From: Verrucomicrobiales bacterium
GTDB lineage: Bacteria > Verrucomicrobiota > Verrucomicrobiia > Verrucomicrobiales > DEV007
Assembly (NCBI GenBank): GCA_041688355.1
Contig: JBDNIL010000161.1
Span: forward strand, 2,220 to 66,219
Reading direction: 5' to 3'
DNA length: 64,000 nt
Shown: positions 9,814 through 17,619 of the stretch, piece by piece
Layout: every line of letters begins with the position of its first letter
Position numbering within the stretch: position 1 is the first letter of the stretch
The notes under the pieces: model-generated
Database searches by the model: none
Seen by the model: only the letters and a program-made list of their open reading frames with translations
Told to the model about the DNA's origin: nothing
Made by a program: the position numbers and the translations under genes

Positions 9814-9878
9814 ACCCGCAGCCGACCGACACGTCATTTCTGATTGCGATGCGACGCGAAACTCGCCATCCTCCGACT

Positions 9879-10874
9879 ATGCGAGTTCCCCTTCTCACCC
9901 TGGCTCTGATGCCGATCCCCTTTTCCCTCCTGAGTTTGCAGGCGGCTCCGGTCAAATTTGAATCCGAGGTGCTCCCCTTTCTCGAGAAGAAATGCGTCGA
10001 GTGTCATCGCGCGCGCCACGAAGACAAAAACGGAAAGATAGTCAAACCCAAAGCCGGCCTGCGCATGGACGGTGCCTGGGCCATCACCGCCGGCAGCGAG
10101 GACGGGGCCGTGCTCAAAGCGGGTGATGCGGCGAAGAGCGAACTTTATCTGCGGGTCACCCTTCCCCGGGATGACGACGACTTCATGCCGCCTCAGGGCA
10201 AAGCCGATCCGCTCACTGCGACGGAGCTCGATCTTTTCAAACGCTGGATAAATGAAGGGGCCGACTTCAGTGGATGGGTGGGCAGTAGCGAGGGCAAGCC
10301 CGAGGAGAAGCCTACGATGAAAACGGAGGAAACCGCTGCCTCACCCGCCGCCATGACCGTCTCCGAAACCCAGAAGACCTATACCCGACTTGCCGAAGGA
10401 CTCACTCTTCCCGATGAGAAAATCATCGAGTCTGTCACTACAGCCGGCGGCCGGGTCCTGCCACTCGCCCAGACGAGTCCCCTGCTCTCGGTCGATTTCC
10501 GTCTCGCCGGTGCCGAAGCGAAAGACGAAGCAATCCTCTCCGCGAGAGCCGTGGCGGCAAACATCGCCCATCTCGATCTCTCACGCAGCTCCGCCACCGA
10601 CGCCGCCCTCGCCCTCGTCGCGGAAACGCCGCGACTTGTCCGGCTCGATCTCAGCAATACCGCCATCGGCGACGAGGGGCTTACGCAACTCAAAGACCTC
10701 AAAGAGCTGCGCTACCTCAATCTTCATGGCACTGCCGTGACCGATGCCGGACTCGATCATCTCACCGCGCTCAAATCACTCGACGCCGTCTACCTCTGGC
10801 AATCCGCAGTCACCGAAGCAGGAGCGAAAAAGCTCCGGAGCGCCCTCCCCGATGCCCGCATCATCAGCAAATAG
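9879..10874 (+). CDS. Secreted PSCyt1 (planctomycete cytochrome c-like) plus leucine-rich-repeat protein
   Basis: Signal peptide MRVPLLTLALMPIPFSLLSLQA. CxxCH in LPFLEKKCVECHRA...AGLRMD. C-terminal LRRs (LDLSNTAIGDEGLTQLKDLKELRYLNLHGTAVTDAGLDHL). Start moved to ATG 9879. Confidence 0.8.
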   Translation: MRVPLLTLALMPIPFSLLSLQAAPVKFESEVLPFLEKKCVECHRARHEDKNGKIVKPKAGLRMDGAWAITAGSEDGAVLKAGDAAKSELYLRVTLPRDDDDFMPPQGKADPLTATELDLFKRWINEGADFSGWVGSSEGKPEEKPTMKTEETAASPAAMTVSETQKTYTRLAEGLTLPDEKIIESVTTAGGRVLPLAQTSPLLSVDFRLAGAEAKDEAILSARAVAANIAHLDLSRSSATDAALALVAETPRLVRLDLSNTAIGDEGLTQLKDLKELRYLNLHGTAVTDAGLDHLTALKSLDAVYLWQSAVTEAGAKKLRSALPDARIISK

Positions 10875-11751
10875 TCCGCTTCTCTCCCTGCTCGTGCTGG
10901 CCCTGCTGTGCAGTCCCGGCGCGCAGGTGGGGATCACCAGCGACGAATTCACCGACGACGCCAGGATCAAGGCAGACTTCGAGTCGCGACTGGGCGCCCT
11001 CTTCGAAGCCGGCGGAATCCAGACCGGTTCGGAAACCCTGAAGCAGCTCCATCGGGAAAACGCGGGACCGATCCCCCTGCCTGCAATGCCGGCGGCAGCG
11101 CCCGTGCCATCACAAACGGCGATCTACGACCGTGCCCGTGACGCCACACTCGTCCTCGGGCACCTCTACCTCTGCGGGAAATGCGATAAATATCACGCCA
11201 ATCTGGCAGGGGGCGTCCTCATCAGCCCCGACGGACTTGCCCTGACGAACTACCACGTCCTCGACACCCGCGAAGGCATCGTCTTCGGAGCGATGACGAG
11301 CAAGGGGCAGGTCTTCGCGATTGATGAAGTCCTCGCCTCTTCCAAAAAAGACGACATTGCCCTCATCCGCCTGCGCGATGCGGCGAATCTGACCCACGTC
11401 CCGATCCGGGAGGCAGTCGCCACCGGAGACGAACTCTTTGTCATCTCGCACCCCGACGGATTCTTTCACAGCTTCACGAAAGGCTACCTCTCAAGAAAAT
11501 ACCTGACAACCGCTGACAAGGTAGCTCGGCTCCAGATCACGGCGGATTTTGCAAAAGGATCCAGCGGGGCCGGCATCTTCAACACCGCCGGTGAACTCGT
11601 CGGACTGGCCACCGCCACCAACTCCATCTACTACGACAAAGGGAAAGAGTCCCCCGGCCATCTGCAAATGGTGATCAAGTCCGGAGTGCCGATCTCGTCG
11701 ATCCGGAGGTGGCTCGAGAGCCAGCCGGAGCCCCAGGGCAAGCTGCCCTGA
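10852..11751 (+). CDS. Trypsin-like (S1/S1C-type) serine protease, secreted
   Basis: Catalytic triad context: LTNYHVL (His), DDIALIRL (Asp), GSSGAGIF (Ser). Signal-like N-terminus MPASSANSPLLSLLVLALLCSPGA. Start moved to ATG 10852, a 23-nt overlap with the upstream gene. Confidence 0.8.
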   Translation: MPASSANSPLLSLLVLALLCSPGAQVGITSDEFTDDARIKADFESRLGALFEAGGIQTGSETLKQLHRENAGPIPLPAMPAAAPVPSQTAIYDRARDATLVLGHLYLCGKCDKYHANLAGGVLISPDGLALTNYHVLDTREGIVFGAMTSKGQVFAIDEVLASSKKDDIALIRLRDAANLTHVPIREAVATGDELFVISHPDGFFHSFTKGYLSRKYLTTADKVARLQITADFAKGSSGAGIFNTAGELVGLATATNSIYYDKGKESPGHLQMVIKSGVPISSIRRWLESQPEPQGKLP

Positions 11752-11781
11752 AGCCACCGTCCGACCTGTCCGAACCGTCCT

Positions 11782-12414
11782 TCACCAGCGGCGCGTAGCA
11801 CCGCGAACGAGACCGACCATGACTCCCTGGACGCGCAACTCCTGCGCTGGGATCAGGTCCGGATAGGCAGCATTTTCAGCCTTGAGATAGGGGCGACGAC
11901 CGTTCACGATGTATCTCTTCAAGGTCGTCTCACCATCAATGAGGGCGGCAACGATGTCCTGATCGCGAGGTTCGCGATACTCCAGCACGACGTGATCGCC
12001 ATCCATGATGTGGGCGTCGATCATCGACTCGCCCCGCACTTTGAGGGCGTAGGCCTTGGCACGCTCGGTAAGTCCCATGGACTTTACATCGACAGACAGA
12101 GTGCCATCGGCGACGGGGTTGGTATCGTCGCTGTAGCCGGCCGGGATGGCCCCATAGACCGGGATATCGACGATGGGTTCGCGGTCCGCCGCATCGGCGA
12201 AGACGAGGCATCGAGCGCGGCGGCGCTCGTCATCCCCCTCCCGACGAGTGATCGCACCTTTGCGCTCGAGAGCGCGAAGGTGGCTCACCGCAGCGGTCTG
12301 GCTGGCGAATCCGAAATGCTCCTGGATCTCACGCGTGGAGGGCATGATTCCGAAACGGCGATGCTCTGACTGTAAATAGTCGAGGACTTCTTGTTGGCGG
12401 GCTGTTAACTTCAT
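11782..12414 (-). CDS. lexA: LexA repressor
   Basis: MKLTARQQEVLDYLQSEHRRFGIMPSTREIQEHFGFASQTAAVSHLRALERKGAI (winged HTH). S24 peptidase core VRGESMIDAHIMDGD...LKRY. The track ORF (to 13041) is over-extended; ATG at 12414 gives 210 aa. Confidence 0.95.
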   Translation of the reverse strand: MKLTARQQEVLDYLQSEHRRFGIMPSTREIQEHFGFASQTAAVSHLRALERKGAITRREGDDERRRARCLVFADAADREPIVDIPVYGAIPAGYSDDTNPVADGTLSVDVKSMGLTERAKAYALKVRGESMIDAHIMDGDHVVLEYREPRDQDIVAALIDGETTLKRYIVNGRRPYLKAENAAYPDLIPAQELRVQGVMVGLVRGATRRW

Positions 12415-12423
12415 TATGAACAG

Positions 12424-12437
12424 TGTTCCAGAGAACA
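12424..12437. promoter_or_regulatory. Putative LexA operator (SOS box) TGTTC-N4-GAACA
   Basis: Perfect palindrome tgttc caga gaaca lies 10 nt upstream of the lexA ATG. Extra half-sites flank it: gaaca at 12418-12422 and ttgtt at 12442-12446. It matches the Verrucomicrobia LexA motif as I recall it from the literature. Confidence 0.65.
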
Positions 12438-12492
12438 TTGATTGTTTTTTGCCGTGCGCAAGTGAAATTCGGAATTTAATTAACCTTTCTAC

Positions 12493-13305
12493 ATGAAGCG
12501 ATTTTTCTATGGTTCCACGGGTTTTCTCACCGTCCTGGCGATGGGGTCTCCCCTCCTCTTTCCCGCTTCTCCGAAGCTCGCGGCGCAGGAAGTCCCAGAG
12601 ACCGCAACGGTGGCACCGCTGCCAATGAAAGGCTTCCGCTTCACCAGTCGGGAGATGCCAGGCAAGGTTCCGGCCGCGCCCACCGCCGCGCCGGCCGACG
12701 GCACGATGCAGGTGGGCAGAGTCACTGACATTGAGACCCTGCCGCCGGCCCTGGCGGAGATGGCTCGCGAGGGGGCTCTCGCCGTGGCCGATGGTAACTG
12801 GGAAGAGGCCCGCACGATTTATCTCAGGATGGTCAAAGAGGCTCCTGACAATGCCCTCGCTTATGCCAATCTCGGGGTCGCAGAGCATCAGCTCGACAAT
12901 CTCATCGCCGCCGCCGGGAATCTCGGCAAGTCGCTCGAGCTCAACCCGCACATCGCCCGCATCTGGCAAACGCTCGGACTCATTCACTATGAAAAAGGCG
13001 AGCTGGCTCTGGCGATTTCCCACCTCATGAGAGCGATCCACGAAGCACCCGAAGAGGCCGAGTCACGATTACTCCTAGCCGCCGTATTGCGGGACTACGG
13101 CTGGACCGATGCCGCAGTGACGGAGTTGCAGCGGGCAGTCGAGATCGATCCGAAGCTCGCCTCGGCCCATTACAATCTCGCGGTGACGTATCTGGAGATG
13201 AAACCGCCCCGGATCGAACTGGCCCGCCGGCATTATTACGCCGCTATCGACCTCGGGACACCCGCCGCACCGGAGATTGAGACAATCTTGAAAAAGTCGG
13301 AATAA
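12493..13305 (+). CDS. Secreted tetratricopeptide-repeat (TPR) protein
   Basis: Signal-like N-terminus followed by several TPR units (EARTIYLRMVKEAPDNALAYANLGVAEHQL, ARIWQTLGLIHYEKGELALAISHLMRAIHEAPEE, ASAHYNLAVTYLEM). Confidence 0.8.
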   Translation: MKRFFYGSTGFLTVLAMGSPLLFPASPKLAAQEVPETATVAPLPMKGFRFTSREMPGKVPAAPTAAPADGTMQVGRVTDIETLPPALAEMAREGALAVADGNWEEARTIYLRMVKEAPDNALAYANLGVAEHQLDNLIAAAGNLGKSLELNPHIARIWQTLGLIHYEKGELALAISHLMRAIHEAPEEAESRLLLAAVLRDYGWTDAAVTELQRAVEIDPKLASAHYNLAVTYLEMKPPRIELARRHYYAAIDLGTPAAPEIETILKKSE

Positions 13306-13351
13306 GCTTCTAGGTGAAATTAGGCGATTATGCCTTACCTTTGCCCCGTTC

Positions 13352-14359
13352 ATGACCTCAGCACGCCGTTTTTGCTCTTATTCGAACCCGTTTACGTCTT
13401 TCGCAGGTGTGGCCCTGCTGGGTGTAGTGTTCTCTCTTACGGGCTGTCGCTCGACCGAGCAAGCCTCTTCGGTCACGGCACCGCCGCAGTCTCCGACCGG
13501 TGCCTTCAATTACCCTGATCCGAACGGAGCCCAGGCCTCGCCCGGCCAGCAGTCGCTCCACATCCCGGTGCAGCCGGGCCAGGCACCCTCCCTCCCCGAA
13601 CTCGCCCGCTCAGCACCCCCCGCGTCGGGTCAGCCCAATATCACGGCGAAAGCGGCCATCCTCGTCGATGGATTCGGTCGCGTCCTTTTCGAGAAAAACG
13701 CCGATGCGCACCTCCCCACGGCAAGCACTCAGAAATTGCTCCTCGGCATCCTCGTGGCGGAATCGGGCAATCTCGAAAAATCCATCACCGTGGTGGAGTC
13801 GGATACCTGGGCCGAACCCACCGTCCTGGGTCTGAAGCCCGGTGAAGTCTATACCAAGCACGAGCTCTTCAAAGCAGTCCTGATCCGCAGTTGCAACGAC
13901 ATCGCCCGTGCTCTCGCCCGCGATCACTCGGGGAGCGAGGCCGCCTTCGCAGCGAGCATGAACCAGCGAGCCCGCCAGCTCGGGATGAACAATTCCTACT
14001 TCACAAACTCGAACGGACTCCCCTCGCCTCCCGGCCAATACTCGACCGCCCGTGATCTCTCGAAGCTGGGCATGGCAGCCCTGCGCAACCCCTACGTGCG
14101 CGATGCCGTCGGGACGAAGGCCTATACTTTCCGCCTCGCCAGCGGCTCGACCAGGAGTCTCTATAACACCAATCAGGTGCTGAAAAATTTTCCCTACTGC
14201 ACCGGCCTGAAGACCGGCTTCACCAATGCGGCGGGCCGCTGTCTCGTCTCGTCGGCCACGGCGAACGGCAGGACCGTCGTTGCCGTCGTCCTCGGCAGCA
14301 CGTCGCCGACGGTGTCGGTCGAGTCGGAGGCTCTGCTTCGTTACGGACTGGGGTTGTAG
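13352..14359 (+). CDS. D-alanyl-D-alanine carboxypeptidase (S11, PBP5/6-like) lipoprotein
   Basis: Lipobox SLTGC. SxxK = ASTQK, SxN = SCND, KTG = LKTGFT. 335 aa. Confidence 0.85.
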   Translation: MTSARRFCSYSNPFTSFAGVALLGVVFSLTGCRSTEQASSVTAPPQSPTGAFNYPDPNGAQASPGQQSLHIPVQPGQAPSLPELARSAPPASGQPNITAKAAILVDGFGRVLFEKNADAHLPTASTQKLLLGILVAESGNLEKSITVVESDTWAEPTVLGLKPGEVYTKHELFKAVLIRSCNDIARALARDHSGSEAAFAASMNQRARQLGMNNSYFTNSNGLPSPPGQYSTARDLSKLGMAALRNPYVRDAVGTKAYTFRLASGSTRSLYNTNQVLKNFPYCTGLKTGFTNAAGRCLVSSATANGRTVVAVVLGSTSPTVSVESEALLRYGLGL

Positions 14360-14440
14360 TGTGGGAGGCGCCCCTTCCGTCATCCCGGATCACAGCGATA
14401 GCGCGATGCATACGGGGGCATCACTGATCCGTCTCGAGAC

Positions 14441-16729
14441 TTACTCCAACGCTTCGATTTCTTCGTCATCCCCGAGCGGGCCGCGCTCTCCCGGAGGCAG
14501 CTCCCCGTTCCAGACCGGAGACCGACCCGGTCTGAAGACGACGATCCAATCGACCCATTGCGTGGTATTCACTGACGGCGCCGGTCCGGCTCCACTGCTC
14601 CAGAAAGTCGCCCAGTCCGCTGCCGCCGCCTTCCCGTCTCCCCTGCCCTGACGGGCTGCTTCCGCCGGGCGAACTGCGACCTCGACGGCGCGGTCGTGCC
14701 CCACCGCGATGAGCGAGTCCTCGTCGGTAAATCGGAAATTGCCGCGCAGGTGATCGGCGTCTTCGTCTCGGGCGCTGAGAAAAACATCGATGCACTGCCA
14801 GAGATTTTTTCGTGATCGCAGTGTGGTCTGCACCTGCGCCCCGTCCCGTCCCAACCGGATCGGATTCGTCGCGAGGATGAGGGATCGGGCGACTTCCGCC
14901 TCGATGATTCCGGAGTCATCGCCGCCGCCCCCGTCGCTAGAGACGATCTGAAAAAGATTGCCCCCGGCAAATTTCATTCCTTCCAAATGCACCGACTTCC
15001 GGCTGCCCCGGTTTCCCACGAGGATGATCCCCTTCCCCGCACGATCGGTGATGAGATTTCCCTCCCGCACCTCGAGTCGGCTGTCGCCCCTAAGTAAAAA
15101 GAGCGCGCCTCCTCCAGCGGCGGCACGGGAAGCCCCGCCCGACTGGCGCAGCGTGCAGCGCTCCAGCGTCACTACCGCATCGCTCAACTCGACGAAGCCC
15201 TCATGACTTTGATTTCCCGAAGCGCTAAAGCGCAGCTCGAGATCACGGAGATGCAGTTCTCCGTCGATCACTTCGATCACTTCCTCCCTTCCCCGGGCAC
15301 GCGCCGGGACACTCCCTCGCCCTCCGACTCCGATGAGAGTGACGCGGCGTCCTTCGATCCGCAGCGCACTGCCGGAAAATAGTGAGCCGGGCTCCGAGAG
15401 ACGCATCACGACATCTCCCTCACAGGCGGCGAGCGCCTCAGCGACAGAGGCGAAGGTGCCCGGGCGACCGTCCACCGAGACGTCTTTTGCCGTGATCGTC
15501 CGCAGGAGGTGGTTCAGTAATCGATGACCCGAAGCGAGATCTCCCAGCAGGGCGAAAATAATAATCCCTGACATTCCCGCCAGCGCCCGTCTCTGCCGTC
15601 GAGTTCGCCGAGCCGCTTGCTCTCTCCGGACAGCGGCACCCTGCTCTGCAGCGAGACCACTCTCGAGGCGCGTCAGCACCTCCACCGCCGAGGCGGGGCG
15701 GGCGGCGGGATCGCAGGCCAGAAGATCGCCAATGAGCCCCGCGAGCCACCCCGGCATGGCCTTCGGGGCATTTTTGCAAAAGTCAGCGATCTCCTCTCCG
15801 CGCCGGGGCAGACGACTGGCCCACATCTCGGCAAAGACGGCACCAAGGCTGTAGAGATCGGCCGCCACCGTGCCGGACCCGCCTTTTTCGATCTCCGGCG
15901 CCACATAGCCCGGGGTCCCTACGAGACTGCCCTCGCCGAAGCCGTGATGCGCGGCCCGTGCCAGGCCGAAGTCCGCAAGCCAGACACCCGCGCCGCCCCC
16001 TCCCTCTAGGAGAATGTTCGCCGGCTTCACATCACGATGCACGATCCCGGCGGCATGGGCGGCAGAGAGCGCGCGGGTCGCCTTCGTCGCGATGTCGGAA
16101 AAGACATCCGGGGGCAGCCCCCCTTTTTCCCGGATCAGATCCGCAAGACGCCCGCCCTCGACGAACGGCATCACATAGTAGGAGCCCTCGCCGGGATCGC
16201 GTGCGACATCGTAAATGGGGAGCACATTTTCGTGTTTCAGCGCTGCGGCGGCACGCGCCTCGTCGAGGAAAAGACGGGCGATCTCGTCGCTACCGCCATA
16301 CTCGGGACGCAGCACCTTGACCGCGACCTCGCGCTCGAGCGAGGCGTCCATCGCGCGAAAGACCGCCCCCATCGAGCCGACCCCGATGAGCTCGCGCAAC
16401 TCCAGATTTCCGAGACGTCCCGTCACCTGATCTCCGTCGACGGATTCAATAAAGGCAAAGTCCTCAAGCCGCAGCGGCCCCCTCGCGCGAAATGAGCTGG
16501 CGAGGACCGCCCGCAGAGTCGGGAGGAAGGTCTCCTGCTCTTCCTTCCAATCCACGAGGGAGCTCATGAGGACGGAGTCAGCACTCCCGCCCATCGCCTC
16601 ATCCACGACTACGCGACAGCGATCGCATTGAGAGAGATGGGCCTCCCACTCCGCCTCGGGCACGGGAGGATCGCCGCCTTTGGCCCACGCGACGAGCGGC
16701 GCAGGATCGGGACAGGGCTTCGTGCTCAT
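14441..16729 (-). CDS. Membrane Ser/Thr protein kinase with an N-terminal zinc-finger anti-sigma-like motif and a large extracytoplasmic domain
   Basis: Hanks kinase motifs GVGSMGAVF, AVKVL, HRDVKPANILL, DFGLAR, GTPGYVAPE. N-terminus has H-x3-C-x2-C (HLSQCDRC). TM segment GMSGIIIFALLGDLA. I set the start at ATG 16729, which overlaps the sigma-factor stop as ATGA; the upstream part of the track ORF overlaps the sigma gene. Confidence 0.85.
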   Translation of the reverse strand: MSTKPCPDPAPLVAWAKGGDPPVPEAEWEAHLSQCDRCRVVVDEAMGGSADSVLMSSLVDWKEEQETFLPTLRAVLASSFRARGPLRLEDFAFIESVDGDQVTGRLGNLELRELIGVGSMGAVFRAMDASLEREVAVKVLRPEYGGSDEIARLFLDEARAAAALKHENVLPIYDVARDPGEGSYYVMPFVEGGRLADLIREKGGLPPDVFSDIATKATRALSAAHAAGIVHRDVKPANILLEGGGGAGVWLADFGLARAAHHGFGEGSLVGTPGYVAPEIEKGGSGTVAADLYSLGAVFAEMWASRLPRRGEEIADFCKNAPKAMPGWLAGLIGDLLACDPAARPASAVEVLTRLESGLAAEQGAAVRREQAARRTRRQRRALAGMSGIIIFALLGDLASGHRLLNHLLRTITAKDVSVDGRPGTFASVAEALAACEGDVVMRLSEPGSLFSGSALRIEGRRVTLIGVGGRGSVPARARGREEVIEVIDGELHLRDLELRFSASGNQSHEGFVELSDAVVTLERCTLRQSGGASRAAAGGGALFLLRGDSRLEVREGNLITDRAGKGIILVGNRGSRKSVHLEGMKFAGGNLFQIVSSDGGGGDDSGIIEAEVARSLILATNPIRLGRDGAQVQTTLRSRKNLWQCIDVFLSARDEDADHLRGNFRFTDEDSLIAVGHDRAVEVAVRPAEAARQGRGDGKAAAADWATFWSSGAGPAPSVNTTQWVDWIVVFRPGRSPVWNGELPPGERGPLGDDEEIEALE

Positions 16730-17496
16730 GCCAGTGCTTCGTGAGCCTCCCACTCCGCTTCGCGCTCGCCGACGGCCTGCTTCACCCTGGCGAGGAGACG
16801 AGAGCGCCGCACGTAGAGGGTGCCGATGGCGATCCCGAGATCGGCGGCGACGGCTTCGGCAGATTCCTCGAGGACGGCGGTACGCCAAAAGGCGGCCCAT
16901 ATCTGCGGATCGACCTCTGCCTCGATCCGGGCGGCGGCTCGGGCAAAGAGCTGGCGGTGATACTCGAGCTCCCACTCCTGACGCAGTTTTTCCTCCGCCT
17001 CGTGAGCGAGAGAATCCTCGGCGACACGCATCATCGACGAACCGCCGGTCAGTCCGGGGCGACAGCTCAGGGCGCGGTTTCGATTCATCAGGACATGCCG
17101 GGCGACCTGGAAAAGCCACGATCGGAAAGTGCCCGCAGCAGGGTCGTATTCGAATCGCTCCATCGACCGCGAGACTTGCAGCAGAACGTCCTGCGCGAAG
17201 TCATCAGCCTCGTCCCTGGGGATTCCTCGCCGCAGACCGAATCCGTAAAGGAGCGGCCCATAGAGGCGCACGAAGCTCTCCCAGGCCGGACGATTCTCCG
17301 GATCCTTGAGCTGAATCAATAGCGATACACTGGTGTCGGGAATAGCCACGGGCGATCTCGGGTTGGCGACACCGCAGCGTAGCAGAGCCACCCGACACTT
17401 CAACCACGCCGACAAAAACGTCACAGGGTAGCCTGCCCGACGATCCCCTGTCGGGTGCGTCGTGAGAAAGCGGGGGGCTGGCAGAGCGATATTCAA
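16726..17496 (-). CDS. ECF-type RNA polymerase sigma factor
   Basis: Region 2 (DTSVSLLIQLKDPENRPAWESFVRLYGPLLYGFGLRRGIPRDEADDFAQDVLLQV, FRSWLFQVARH) and region 4 (VAADLGIAIGTLYVRRSRLLARVK). The start is uncertain: TTG at 17496 or GTG at 17349. Confidence 0.8.
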   Translation of the reverse strand: MNIALPAPRFLTTHPTGDRRAGYPVTFLSAWLKCRVALLRCGVANPRSPVAIPDTSVSLLIQLKDPENRPAWESFVRLYGPLLYGFGLRRGIPRDEADDFAQDVLLQVSRSMERFEYDPAAGTFRSWLFQVARHVLMNRNRALSCRPGLTGGSSMMRVAEDSLAHEAEEKLRQEWELEYHRQLFARAAARIEAEVDPQIWAAFWRTAVLEESAEAVAADLGIAIGTLYVRRSRLLARVKQAVGEREAEWEAHEALA

Positions 17497-17619
17497 GTGG
17501 TTGCAGATCGAACTTACCCGCCGCGGAGGATTCCTTACCCGGCTTCGCCGATTTTTCTGACGCCAATGCGCCTTTCAGAAAAACTGACAAAGCCGGGCCG
17601 ATCTGGTGAACTCCTCCAC

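Noticed and set aside
12415-13041. N-terminal 209 codons of the 419-aa LexA track ORF.
   Set aside because: They overlap the divergent TPR gene and the SOS-box intergenic region. A canonical 210-aa LexA starts at ATG 12414.
17506-17534. ECF-type promoter guess (GGAATC-N16-GTTCGAT on the minus strand) upstream of the sigma factor gene.
   Set aside because: It rests on a loose resemblance only. The predicted start site would fall practically on the TTG start codon, and the true start codon is itself uncertain.
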